A DNA stretch of 64,000 nucleotides from Chlorokybus atmophyticus (Eukaryota; Plantae; Mesostigma and Chlorokybus algae), in the NCBI GenBank assembly GCA_009103225.1, contig RHPI01002699.1, positions 348,578 to 412,577 on the forward strand, written 5' to 3'. The stretch's first letter is position 1. Every line of letters begins with the position of its first letter. Shown here piece by piece: positions 37,201 through 55,013 of the stretch. The position numbers were made by a program, and so were the translations under genes. Below the pieces are notes generated by a model, which saw only the letters and a list, made by a program, of their open reading frames with translations, had not been told where the DNA came from and searched no databases.

Positions 37201-37541
37201 TGCGCGTGCGTGTGACTGTGGGTTGGAGTGTTTATGTACACGTGCGCATCCTTCGCATGATGCGTGAAATGCGACACGGCTCCAACGGGCATGCTGCTAA
37301 CATCAGCGCTGCTGTCATTGTTGTTGTTGGCATTGTTGTTGGCGTTGTTGTTGTTGTCGGCGTTGTTCACGGCGCGAGTTGTGTCGGTCGTGTTGGAGGT
37401 TGATGTTGGTGTGGGTGGTGCAGATGTGGACTCGTCCGATAAAGGTGATGGTGCCGATATCGCCACATCTGATCCTCTTGGAACCGATGCATATGTTTGT
37501 TCGGTCTTTGACACGGATATCCGGGCACGACGGTGACACAT
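34230..37541 (-). CDS. BTB/POZ-BACK protein with C-terminal WD40-like repeats; multi-exon, start uncertain
   Basis: BTB (VLCDIGFRV...AHRVVVAAASSVFVSML...LSFIYTG), BACK (ADRLALPSLRLAC...; ELLRSDDLLAPSEEFIFEWVLHW; FPHIRF), then WD-like repeats (LCGGMNGTISVWN, SFDGRIMVF, GYDDGGVEVWD, SSGEGGDVAVWN). In-phase GT-AG junctions. Confidence 0.82.
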
Positions 37542-40500
37542 ATCTGTGCACACACACATACATACAGGGTGAGTGTGAGCCTTGACCAGTCATGATTGTA
37601 TCTTCACCTCCAGAGTGAACTCTTTATTGTAAACTTTTGTCAACTCTCCTTCATGTAAACTCTTTCTGGTAAGCAACTATGAGTTTACACATTGCCTCAA
37701 ACTTGTGGTATGTATGAAGGGTTGACTGTTGACTTTCATCAACCTGTAGTACAACTTGCATCATATACACGTGTGCTGTATCACAATGCAGGTTCTAAGA
37801 ATAGACAATGAGTTTTTTGGTGCGCCTCACCATGACAAGCCTCCTCTGCATCCGTCTCTCTCATTGCTGCATCCATTTGGTCCATATGGTGGTCCGCTTT
37901 GGCTCCTTCCAACATGTCTTCCTTACCATTCAACCAATGCATCTCTTCAGAAAGAGAGACAACCTACCACCTGTGACAGAATGCCCAAGCCAGTGAGCTA
38001 GTTAGATGCAACTAGTGTGAGATTGTGTGTGGGACTGTGCAGGACTCTACCCAAAGCACACAGAGGAGGCAAAGGCGCCTACCTGTGTGAGGAGAGAGAG
38101 CAGGCACTCCTATGCTTCACCCACCCACCTCACTACACAGCTACACCAAGGATGACAGCAACTATCTCCCCAAGGATACCACCGCTCAGGCCGCCGCCGC
38201 TGCTGTGCCAACTGTGCATACAACCTCGGACTCTAAACAGCTTTTATTGGACACTCACTGTCAATGGCTGGTACTATATCCTCCACCCTCTTTCATGTGT
38301 AAGTGTGTGTATGTGTATGTGTATGTGTGCGTGGGTGTGCGCGCGCCTGTCAGCGCCTGTCAGCTCTGTACACACACACGCACACACATAATTGAAAAAT
38401 GCAGAGATACGCCTTACCCCGAAGTCAAGTGGTCAATGAAACGATTGGTACGTTTTACCTCGTTAGCAAGTAGCTTGGTCGTATGTAAGACTCGCAGAAC
38501 GCAACGTTTGATGAAATAACCAACTAGTCTAGCTGAATCGGCGCCGGTTGGGAGTTGTGCGAAGTCAATACTGGCAGAAAAACGAAAGGCCGCGGAATTG
38601 AGCCGCGGCTTGGTAGTACGGTCGTGTTCAGCAAACCGCCAGCCGAGCAGCGACACGACTGGTATCGTACCGGCGACGTACGCAGGCGTCTGCTGGCAGC
38701 AGCCGTTGTGGATGCTATTGTCCGGCGACCGCTGCAGTGGGCGAGCTCGGCGACGAACCGTTACGAGGTGTCGCGTGGCCGGTCGTGCCATAGGGTCAGG
38801 TGATGGCAGGGTGCCGTTACAGCTGCGACTTGCGTAAAGAGCTGAGCTGGATGCTCGTAACGTTGTCTTAAACTACAGCGCGCCACTACAACAATTGCCA
38901 CGTTACGATTGTTGCGAGCTGTCAGCGCACTTTACAGCCCCTTTAACTATAGCGCGCCACAAATATGGCCGACGGTTATGATGTGCGTCGTATCGTTTGA
39001 TTGTGAATTGCAATGCTCATTCTGCAAGGGGTACGGTGCTGATGCGTCGCTGATCTCCTGGCCTGACTTTCTCATGAAGAGTAATGCACTGCCTTAAACG
39101 CAACGGAGTACATTATATGACAGAGCCAGTAAATGGACTGCATCGGTCTGTATAGATTCGTAAATGAGGTATGTTGGATGCGATCACATAGCGCACGGAC
39201 TTGAGTTCACTAATATCCGCACTGCAGTCATAGATTGGTACCATATCCGCATACGGCGTTGGAATCTCACGTCCACGGTGGGATGTGCAGTGCACATTGT
39301 GCGCACAAGTTGTAATTCACGTGTTTTAATGCTGACACGCTGTGACATTCACAAGTTGTGAATGTCACAGCGTGTCAGCATTAAAACACAAGGCAGCGAC
39401 CCTCATTATCTGTTGGAATCCCGGGATGATTCGATGGGGCTGGAATGTCAGCTCCCAACTCTGAACTGGACATGTGTCACTTGATGTGTGCCAGTCAGCG
39501 TCCGCCTGGCATTGCAGCCTGCGCATTTGCAGTGCGCACAATGGATAGTTGCGCATGCCGCTTCCATGCAACTTTTGTTGTGCGTGTTGCTTTATTTGTA
39601 AGATATGCATTGCATTGTGCATCAGTGTAACCATGCGATATAGATATTTATTCTTTTAGGATCTGTGTAACGCTTGTGGTTAAGCGAGCAATGGCACATT
39701 TTCTTCCTCCAGGCAAGTAATAGTCTTTTCATTACAACAACGATAGTATACAATTTGAGTCAATCACAGTGGTAAAGATTGCATCAAACACTCATGTTCA
39801 CGCAACGCGATTATCATGCCTACTTAAACGCATTAAAAGAGTGCATTGCATGAACGACAATGTATGTCATTACTTACTTTTATCGTTACGTAATTACCAC
39901 TAATAATATGACAATAATTTATGTGACATAAACTATTAACGTGTACATAGCAACCGCAAAACAGGCAAGGGCATAAAGGTGGGCGGCAGAGGGGAAGCGG
40001 GCCCTTGCAAATGAGGGTGACAACAATGACCTGCTGGCTTTAGCAAAGTTATAGACTGCGAGGAGGCAGGTGATGGTGTTGGTGGAAGTGCAAAGGGAGT
40101 CGTGCTAATCAACTTGCACTGATTGCGCTTGGTATGTGCAACAATCACAAGCAACAAGCGTATGTGCAGGGTGATGATGATGACAATTTGTGACTTGCAT
40201 GATTAAAGAGGTGGCAGCAATAGTGTAGTTGTAATGGCATATGAGACTGCAGTAGCCCGATGGTTGACATAAGTAATAATGAAGATGCCGCATGTTGCTA
40301 TGTGCGCGCTAACCACGCATGTTATGCATGGGCAATTGTATACGACACCATTTGTACACTCATGTGCATGCCACCAAGACTTATTGGATCTTTCAAATCC
40401 TCAACTAAGAGGGCCTGATAGGACAAGTTTAACAATAACTGACATGTGTAGCAACCAGAAGTGTTGCAGCAGAGTGCAATTGTTGTATTTCGTATGAAAG

Positions 40501-43237
40501 CACCGCATTGGTTATCAATAAAAAACAAAAATGTAATGTATCAGATCCGATCGTAAATGAGTAATTTTATGATACCGTACTCACGCTTGTATTGATTATT
40601 ACCATTAATTTCATATATGCTTTTATTATGTCAACTGCTGTCGCAATTTATATGTTATTCATTTAATCCATGTTGATATAGATGTTGCTCGGATCGCATG
40701 ATGCTGGTATATAGTATATAGTGGACGTTGGCATCGTAATGCAATGTACGCATGCAGTGGTTAAGGATGCAAGAGTACTATCTCATAGCGGAACAAAGCT
40801 TGCAATATTGTGCCAAGCACCAACTTAGCTTGAAGCTCTTGTGTGCCTTATACAAGCTTGTTGTACATACGATATGAGGTACAGGATAGGCGAGCTGCCA
40901 TACTAACATGCATGCATGGCATTCACGCAAGCACTCACTTATAGCGCAAAAATAACTTAATAACATACACAAGCACTGCGCTAACACTAACTATTGCTAC
41001 GCCGAGCGACTTTCCACGGCCACCCACTTTCATGTGAGGCATGCATGCCAGTGTCCTGCAATCTATTACAGATGAAGACCAAGAGTCAATTTCGAGACAT
41101 ATAAGGTTGTAGATGAAAAGCAAAAATGAAGGATGGGGCTTGATTAACGGCGAGGTGAAAATAAAATCATACCATGCCAATCGCAATTTTCAATTTGAAT
41201 AATAATACTACGCTGACTTTTATATTGCCACAAAAAACTATATGAAAAAGTGCACGCTGAAGAGGAAGTTAAAGTATCGATAGTGGAGAGTCTCCGCTAT
41301 TTGCCGGTTGGTCTTCATGTGTTACCTGCCCATATTGGCTATTATTACCGGTTGCTAGTTTGCAAGTCTGTCAACACAAACATCAGCAACCACGCCTCCC
41401 CCGTCCTCCACCGTCAGTCCAATTGACGGGCACAAGGCAGCAAGCTGCAGACGGTCCGCAGCTAGCTGCCTTGTGCAGCTTGAACCCTCGCATACTGTGA
41501 ACGTCAGCACTGCTGTGCGTCGTATGCTCGTGGCACATGGCCTGTGCCATTGCAGTGCTCTCGCAGTGCATGCTCGGGTCAGGGTTGGGTTATATTAGGT
41601 TGGGTGGCGGGAATATGCGTGCGCCCTTCTCTCGCGCGGGCGCGTTATGTTACCAAACAGTGCGGTCCCCACACCGCTGTCATCATGTGATGACGTCGTA
41701 ACTCCTTGAATACCATCTATAGCTGTGCCTGGGGAGTGTAGTAAACATACATGTCATTGTGCGATGGCGCATGCATATAACATACAAGGCGTGTACAAAT
41801 CTCGCAGGTGCATTTGCACCAACGCAACATGCTAGGTGCAGTTAGCATAAGCTGAACATACTCATGTCAACATTCGCCCTATACACGTACCTCTCAGCTC
41901 ACATTCACAAACACCGTGTCACATTACTACGCTTTCCTAGTTACTGCACACTACTATCAAGATTACCCCACCCCGTGAGTCATGCACACTTCACATTACC
42001 TGTCCACAAGGACGAATGTTAGTGTAATAAAATGCAAGGATTGTGGCATGCATGAGAGTGTGACACACACATGCATGAGCAGTCTACTCACCACATTATG
42101 AAGCACTCTCATTAACCACCGGGCTACTAACCTAGCTGCTACCTATCTTCTCTACTGCCCATACCCATTGGACATGCATGCATGCATCCGTGCGTCATCA
42201 CCTGCACATGCGCCTTGGTCAGCAGCCTTCTTGCAGCAGCAGCGGCCACACCAGCAGCAGGACTCACTGTCTGTAATCCACACTAGCAACAGCCGCACGA
42301 CGACCAGCAGGACTCCCTCTTTCTTCCCCACCTCTCTCTACCAACTCCTGCTCCCTCCAAGCAACAAATCCTGATCAGCGCTGCTGCAACCCTTCTGGGC
42401 GGGGCCCCTCTGCCCTCCCCCTCTGTGGCTGTAGGGTGTGCGTTGTAGTGATGAGTACACAGCATGCGGGCATTATCATCATTGATAGGTTCACCACCTG
42501 GCTCATCTACTCTACCTCAGCTACCACTACCACTAACAACACCACCCCATCAGACATGCAAGCATGCATGCAGTCGCCGCACTACCTGCACCAAACACGA
42601 GCAGCAGCGTCAGCAACGGCAGTCACGGCTCAGCGGAGGATGTGCACTCGTGAGCATACAGCGTGTGAGTGTGTCCCTCCTCCCACCCCTCTCTCTCTCT
42701 CCCTCACGCCTCCTGTCTCCTTCACCTCCCACGCCTCTCTCTCTCTCCCCCCACGCCTCATGTCTCATGCCACGCCCGCCCCCCATCGCACGCAGACGCT
42801 TTCACCCTTGCCGCTCCTCGGCAGGGCCCCCCTGCCCTCCCCTTGCCCTGACGTCACCGTCGCTGTACAGTGGTGCTGTCAGCACAGCACTGCGCAGTGC
42901 TGCTGCATTGTTGTTGGCAGTCAGGTGCTGGTGGGGTTGGGTAGCTGTGTCCAAGGAAAGCAAGTGGTTGACACTTTGCGCGCCAACAGCTGCACAAAAG
43001 GGGTATGCTGCTGTGCCAGCATACGCCTCGAGTATTACCTCATATCCTTGACTCTGTGTACATCAATGCAAAGTGTAGTGTATGGGATATGCGCGATGCT
43101 GTGTCTGCATTGGTAAATGACCGCAGCAAATAGCTGTCCGTATCCTGTACACTCTCTCTTATATACAGTGTCACGTGCCTCTACATCCGGTGCTCTACAC
43201 CTTGGTGCATGATGTGCGCCCTGTGATAGAGTCCTGG

Positions 43238-46200
43238 CTACAAGGGCATGCCCGGCTGCATAGGCTGCTGTAGATAAGCTGTGCTATCCTTGCGCGGCCG
43301 CCCTCTTTTCTTCGGAGTCTCACCCGCTGCAAGCTGTCTTTGTCTAGCTGGTGTCCGCTGAAGTGGCAGCATGGGGTCCTGACCAACAAAAGACACCCAT
43401 CAAGTCAACAACCATGCATGCACGATATCTCAACAACTACAGCTTCACATTCACATGCCCACAAATACCTGCGGGGGCAGGTTCTTTGGCGGTCGGCCCC
43501 GTTTCCGAGGCTGGTTGGGACCTTCCGCGACGGCTGCCCAGTAAGTGGGGTCGTAAGAGGGCTCTGCAGCGCTTGGTGCAGACCAATTGCTATAAGCAGT
43601 GGGAGCAGTGGGCCCACCAGCTGCAGACACCGGCAAAGGCTGCAAGCGCAGGTACTACAGTCAACAAGACTGCGCGTAATCACTGCACAAGTGTAGCCAG
43701 TGGTGTGTAAAACGCACCTTAAGATTGGGCTCCCTAAATGAGGCCCTTTGCGCGGCCACCCCAGACTTCCACAGCGCATAAGCTTCCATCAGGTCCATGT
43801 CCTCCAGCTGCGGCCCGTTGAGCGATATCCTCAACAAATCGTCAAGCACGCGTATTGAGCAATGCTGCTTGAGGCGATCTTTGATAACAAGTGACTTCTG
43901 AAACCCGCGCTCGCTCCATGCTGTGCTGACTGGTAGAACTAATGCCAGCTGGCCGAGCTTTGTCATGTTGGGGTACAACTCCATGTACTGCTGTGTCGAC
44001 GTCAGTACCCTGATCGTCTCTGATAAACCCTTGTCTTCGAAAGCGCTGTACAAGAGGTGTTTGAACTCCGGCCACTCTCTTCGACAAGCATCTGCATCAC
44101 AAGCACGTGCCTTAGCCAACCGCAGCACACCCGATGTGACCTGTTAAAAGGCCTTTAAGGTCATGCAACTCTATGTGAACTGGTACCTGCATCGACTACA
44201 GCTGGGAATGTTTCTCCGGTGACATACTTGTCTGTGCCAAATGCGGCAAGAAGCACTTCCAGCTCAGCACGTCCAAAGCTTGGCAAGTGCTCAGCAGGTG
44301 GGTAGAGGTTAGGTGTAAGTATCCTTGTCGCAGTCAAGACCTCAAGCTGTGGGAAGCGCTCTTGCAGGTTTGTTATGACCGCAGAAGTAAAGCTCCTCAC
44401 AAAGTTCATGCTCTCCGACAGGTCGTCGTTGCTGGTGTACCGAATGGCGTGGTCATAAAACATGCCGCTGGCACCAACTTGGTCAAGAAACTCTCGCAGA
44501 TAGCCTCCTTCAGGGCCAAGCGTGGGCTGATCAGACAAGTACTCCTCCTTCAACTGCTCCATGAGACCATTGACATTATGCTCCACCACAGCCAGGTCAA
44601 CAGTCTCCGCAGCGAAAGTGCCGCTGAGGCGGGTAAGCCGAGCGAGTATGTCTGAAAGAAAGTGTACAGCAAACAGAAACTGGTAAGACCTCAAGCGGTC
44701 ATACAATGCAGCGTCATCTGCTGCCAGCAGGGACATCAAAGAGTTCAGCGACCGTCGCAGACTGCTAACACAGTCGGGCTTGGGCAGCCACCGGACTGTT
44801 GGTGTGCGTTGCAAGCGCAAGATGGGACCTCCAGCATCATCCATGAGGAAGGCGAGCTTGCTGTACCGCCTTGGCGAGCGCACGAACCAGCCGTAAAGGG
44901 AGCTAATCTCCCCATCCACTTGCTTTGCGTATGGGACAGCTGCAGCTGCATTGGCTGCGGCCATAGCCACAGAGTGGCCACCGCTGTGCGTGGCTACCAT
45001 GAAAGGGTTGAGGCGCTTCAGCTTCGCAGCCACGCCATAACTGCGACGCACCATTGCGGCAGACCCATCGGAGCCAAACCCAATAAACTTGGCATTGTCA
45101 AGGCCGATGCGCTGCAACAATGCGGACAATGCTGTGTACATGCCGTCTGCGCTAGCATCATCTACTTGAAGCAGGCACAAGAACTGCCACTGAAGAGTGC
45201 CACCATGCTTCAAGGACACCGCATACACCATCAACGGGTCATCTGGTGTGGCATCCAGCGACTCGTCAACCATGATGCCAACAAATGGGCTTTTTCTGAG
45301 CTCGCGGCAGATGCGGTCCCACATGCTGTCACTTATGCAGTGCACAAATCGACTGCATGCTGTCTCATCTGTGTACATGTCCTGAGGCAAGTCTTTCACG
45401 CCACATGCGCGCAGTAGCTCAGTCAATGCAGGGTAATCAATCAGCCCAAGGTCATTCTTGGCAACATAGTAAGCGACTCGTAGGCAGTTGAAGGTGACTG
45501 CTTCAGCCATTTCAATAGGCCTTTCCCACTGCACCATCATTGTCTTTGCAACAGACTCTGCAGCCACCACGTCTTGATGCACCTGCATAGGAGGGGCAGC
45601 GGTGCAGTCCGTAAACAAGAGCAACCGCGACACAACAGCGCACACACGGCAAGAGCCATCAGCATAGGACAATCTGTGAAACCAACCTTTGAAGTTTGGT
45701 GCTCAATCAGAGCGCTGTGCTTCATGTTGCGACCTCCCTCCTTGGCATACTTTGTATTCTTCTTGTACTTAGAGCAGACCGAACAGAATATCCGACCATC
45801 CTTTAAGCGAACCCACGGAAAGGTTTTGACCCAGGCACTGACAAAGCCCCGGGTTACTTTGCCGGAGCCACCTTCATCATCCATGGGAATGCCGTTTTCA
45901 TCAACAACCTTGCGCTTGCGCCCCTTCTTCCTGCCACCTAACTCCAGGCCATCCTCAGCAGGCCGCCCTTCAGCCATGCCTTCCTCATGCTGGATGTGCG
46001 GGTCAGCTGCCAAGCACACTTGCAAGCATCAGCCAGCATTCACATGCATGGCCAGGGGCAAAGCCATGGTTCATCAGTTACTAAATGCCGCATGTGTTCA
46101 AGCATGCTGCTCTGCCCAGTGCACAGGCATGACGAACATACTGCAACAAGCACTGAATAGCGACTTGCCCACGCACCGTTCATATCAGGACCCGGCAGAG

Positions 46201-46255
46201 CACCCATAACATGTGAAGGGCGTTGTACAAACAGCGGCAACGCCATGTCGCCCAT
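43238..46255 (-). CDS. hAT transposase-derived (ZNF862-like) protein with TTF-type zinc finger and two AT-hooks; 6 coding exons (46255-46177, 46006-45687, 45582-44187, 44091-43718, 43639-43469, 43378-43238), ~826 aa
   Basis: AWVKTFPWV...IFCSVC...H zinc finger, IMVDES and FGSDG acidic motifs, TVRWL, hAT dimerisation motif LPVSTAWSERGF...LLRISLNGP, then RKRGRPPK and KKRGRPRK. The spliced frame is uninterrupted. Confidence 0.87.
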
Positions 46256-46930
46256 CTTGAGCACTCAGCTGCTGTAATGCCTGCAAGTCTAGCTCAGCGA
46301 CAGGTAGCCCATATGCAGTATGTACGCATACACAACTGGAGCGCATGACACACGCAGAGTTGGCGTGTGCAAGCATACAAATAGTGCGTTTGTACAGTTT
46401 GCTTAATAAACTTGAAGCATAGGGGTGTTCAAGTAGATTAGCAGCAACTAAAGCTCTAGAGCTTAGCTAAGTGCAAATGGCGGAAGCACCAAATGCATGG
46501 AACAGTGGCCACGTACTCCTCAGACAGCATAGCGTCATATGGTATGAGTTAAGCGCATGAGCAAGTCCGCAAACCAACTGTGCTGAGACATATCCACTGA
46601 CTTGCAGCACAATGCTACACCATTGGCAAGCTAGTAGCAAGCTCAAGCCAGGGCACAGACAGCACGCTGTGCTTGCACAAGCAACATTAAGCCAGCAACG
46701 GCCGCAAGCTGAGGAAGAAGGGGCAAGGCAGCAGTACCTGCAGAAGGGGAGCCTGCACCACCGCCGCAGCGGTGGCGGTGGTGTGCACGTCAAGCTCCTG
46801 CTCCTGCTCCTGCTCCTCCTGCTTGGCCTGGTACCAGGCTGCACCACCCCAGCAACAGGCCAGGCCGGCTGGCAGCCCTACCGCCGGCCACAAGCCGGCC
46901 TACAAGCTACAGGCCGGCCTGTTACCTGGT

Positions 46931-46938
46931 TAGGGTTT
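46931..46938 (-). promoter_or_regulatory. Telo-box in the 5' leader exon of the hAT-derived gene
   Basis: On the minus strand AAAACCCTAACCAG is followed directly by a GTAAC splice donor. Confidence 0.6.
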
Positions 46939-48853
46939 TGCGGCCGGCTTGTTGCGGGCGTAGTCTGGCGGCCGCCAGCGAGGACGGGCGCAACCGGCGC
47001 CGCCACAACGCTTTCAACAACGCTACTCGCGACGGTTCGGCTCCAGCCAAACTCAGCGGACCCTCCCGCAACAACGCTATCACGAACGCTCTGCCTCCCA
47101 CCGGCTGAACGGATCGGACTTTTTCGGGCGTGTCGGCACGATTGCCGCTTTTGCTGTTGAGTCCGCCCGCCTTGTTTTCCGCTTGGGTGTCGGATCCGGT
47201 ATGCCAGTTTTGCGGCGATGATCACCGGCGAGTTCGGTCGGTTCACCCGTCCGTTCGTCCGTCGTATTCAACTTCAAATTCGCCGCCGGTCGGAAAGTTT
47301 TTGACCAAAAGGCCCCCGATTTGAATTGCTCCAGCCGTTGCCGTTTGCGCCACCCAACATGTTGAGAGCAGCGGCAGAGCATGTCCATAACAGGAGCTTG
47401 TACAATAGGTCTAAGCCTCTAGCTAAGCTAAAAGGACTTTACTTCCATTTATCGTTGGCAAAAAGAACACATCTGATACTCAAGTACATGCCTATCGAGG
47501 AATTGACTCGAAAGCCAAGGTAAAAGCTGGTACATTTACATGTGCAATTCTAGTTATGAACATTGCATGTGACAACGCTCGTCAACAAGCAATGCTCGTT
47601 ATTGTATTCGTGCTGTATCATCACTGTTGCCACGACGACTGCCCTCGGCACACACTTCCCCCTCGCACCCCTTGTGCACCCCATTAGCAACAGGGTTGAT
47701 CAAACCGGTTCACGCGATGGCTAAAACATCATGACAAGGCCCATCGACACCACCTCCGATATCAGCCAACGAGAGGCAAGAGTTGTGGTGGCGGCGGACA
47801 TTCACAGCTCCCTTAAGCAAACCTTAAGGAAGCAGTTGGCCGTAAGTTGCAAGTAAGCAAACAGGCGCGGAATTGGCGACGGCATTGCACACGAGACTTT
47901 CGAGAGTCGTCAGTAGTCAATGCGGACGTGCATGCACGCGGTCTTGAGAGTCAAAGTTGTGTGAACGATGGTTGGCACTAGTTGTGTATCCACTTTTCTT
48001 TTTGTGATTCTGTGTTTATGCGCCTTACCTTGCTTGCGCACTCTTTGCTGATCTTGTGGCGTGGCCACCGCCCCGCTACTGGCGGACTGCATTTCTACCC
48101 CTAACACGGTACTTTGCATGCCTTGCACAGCCTAGCACTTGGCTGCTCGGCATTCACTAGCATTGATTGTTACTCAGTGCTTGCAGCACGAAACGCACTC
48201 GCTCTACTTAACCAACACATAACCAACTCACGAACCCACTTGCATGACTGCAGTGTGCTTGTCCACATGCATCCTCAGTCAAGAAGCTTGTTTAATGACC
48301 ATCACCTCCTTCCAGGCTAAGGGGACCACACACTTAATTTTTCCCTCCCCGCTGAGTCATGCACCTTTTCGCTTCATCACCATAGGCGCATGCACCCCTT
48401 GCAACTGCTCTCACTTGTTGCGCACTCGGATATGCCGTAGCTCTACTCCTTCCTCACACTCGCGGCTTGTATAAATACGCATCCCCACCCTGCGAGACAC
48501 ACCCTACACGACATTGTAAAGGTACATGCTCGGTACCATGCGAGTGTACGTGTGCAAGAGAGGCACGCTTACGAATATACAGCGAGAGAAAGAGAGAGAG
48601 AGGTTTAAAACTTACGCGTAAAGCACATTATAGTAAGTATATTAGCTTGCAAGCATATTAACGATGCATATGTTATGTATATTGTGTAAAAGTTGTTTGT
48701 TATCCTTTCGGTATTTGAGCTAGAGACCTTATAAATATTATTACATTTATCATTGTAATTACTTCAATAAGATAGGTTATCGAAAAAACTATCACGCGAA
48801 AAAAGCATTGCGTAAGATTACTTAAGGGACATGGTTATTTATGTATATAATGT

Positions 48854-48919
48854 AATATATATATATACATGCATTTACATCTCGTCAATATATATATATA
48901 CATGCATTTACATCTCGTC
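48854..48919. repeat. Perfect 33-bp tandem duplication
   Basis: AATATATATATATACATGCATTTACATCTCGTC occurs twice in tandem. Confidence 0.95.
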
Positions 48920-49701
48920 TTTTATTTAAGGTATTTTAATAGTATAGTAAACATGCCTTAAGATATTCGTTAATTGCTTATCATGTATATGCCATTTAGG
49001 CCAATCGATTAAATCTATACACAAGCGCTTTAACTGACAACATTATGTAAAAGGGAGCACTATGGCATTTTGCTAAAGACATGAAGACACAAGAACTCTT
49101 TTATCCGCGATGCTTGCACACATGTTTTATGCTCGTACACATTTTGATAGCATGCACGCGCACTCACACAAAACATGCCTCCCATTTCCCTTGCTATTTA
49201 ATAGTAGGATATCGAAAGTCTGTTCGATTAATGTTGTCATGTCGCATATGCGGCACCTCACGGTGAGGCCCATGCGCAACTCGTAAATATCACACCAACA
49301 CACATGCTGCCCATCAGCAATGGCGATTGAGCTTATGCACCTTTTGTAAACAATTGTTCTCCGACATGATATCCGTAACACAGCGCACATCGATCATAAG
49401 GCAAAATGTAATGCTACCTCAGATTAAACAAACACTCCACTCTACAAGTTGTGCGTGATTTCAACTAGTATCCCATAGAATATTGGAGGCACGTTGTCGT
49501 AGGGAGGCATTGTAAACAGTTAATCAGTATTGTTGCCTACCGGTACGTGGTAAACCGGGTGGTTTGATTTGCGCCTTTTCAACATTGGTGTGGTTTAATT
49601 GCAAAAAGCTCATACATGAAGTGCGAGCAGCTCAGTGCAGAACGCAAATTCCAAACCCGGCCAAGTCCGTAGTCATGCAGGTCCCAGGCGCGTTCATCTC
49701 A

Positions 49702-49709
49702 AAACCCTA
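49702..49709 (+). promoter_or_regulatory. Telo-box upstream of SEC23
   Basis: AAACCCTA ~155 bp before the ATG, followed by a (GCG)n leader. Confidence 0.6.
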
Positions 49710-49710
49710 G

Positions 49711-54330
<4,620 letters not shown>

Positions 54331-55013
54331 CATGCACCGGGCTGCTGCGGTCGTCTCTGTGTGCTACGCGTGCGCACTCACCCCCGCATATTGGGTTTGC
54401 ATGCGCATGCGGCGTGCATGTGCGCAGGCGACATCAATGTCTGCAGCCACGTGTGTGCATCTCAGTACAGGGTAAGTACATGATTGCATGTCTGCGGAGA
54501 ACACAATCTAGCTGAGATGCGCCTACTGAAACATGGCACCAGTTTTGCTTCAACAGCTTCATGTTGAACCAAAGTTACGCACTTGAGTGTCTGTAGTTGA
54601 TTAGGGTATCCATTTGGTACCATGCCCACAAAGCACTCCCTTGCATCTACATTATGAGCTGTTGCATGACACCTTACGCTGAGCATAAGGTAAAAGTTTT
54701 AAGCATGATCAAAACTGGCATGGTAGCAGTCAGCCAAGTCACACCTGCTTTCTGCAGTGATTCAACGGTTGCACGTGATTGCTCGTGTGATGTACAGTGC
54801 TGTGCTGTATCCGCTTGCATACCGAATCCCTTTGTTTTACCCTATGATTGCTATGTTAAATGCAGTATAAACGGTCTTGGCCTGGCTGCTATATGCGGAA
54901 ATGTCCATGCCTACAGGCAGTTGAAATGCGACCAGTGTTCATGTCTGTGCCATCCACCACAATCATAACAGTCAACATTTGAATAAGGGCAATCATAACA
55001 ACCTGCTCAGGCA

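Noticed and set aside
34699-37559. Very long His/Thr/Cys/Val-rich ORFs (408, 314, 466 aa)
   Set aside because: Read-through of CA/GT-rich introns that lack stops. Only the spliced BTB-BACK-WD40 exons are credible.
47100-47330. Short imperfect inverted repeats upstream of the hAT gene, faintly like the 10.6-kb MITE (CGGTCGGTT)
   Set aside because: Matches are only ~9-10 bp in GC-rich promoter sequence.
43100-47700. Terminal inverted repeats around the hAT-derived gene
   Set aside because: No matching pair or 8-bp TSD seen by eye. A computational search is still needed.
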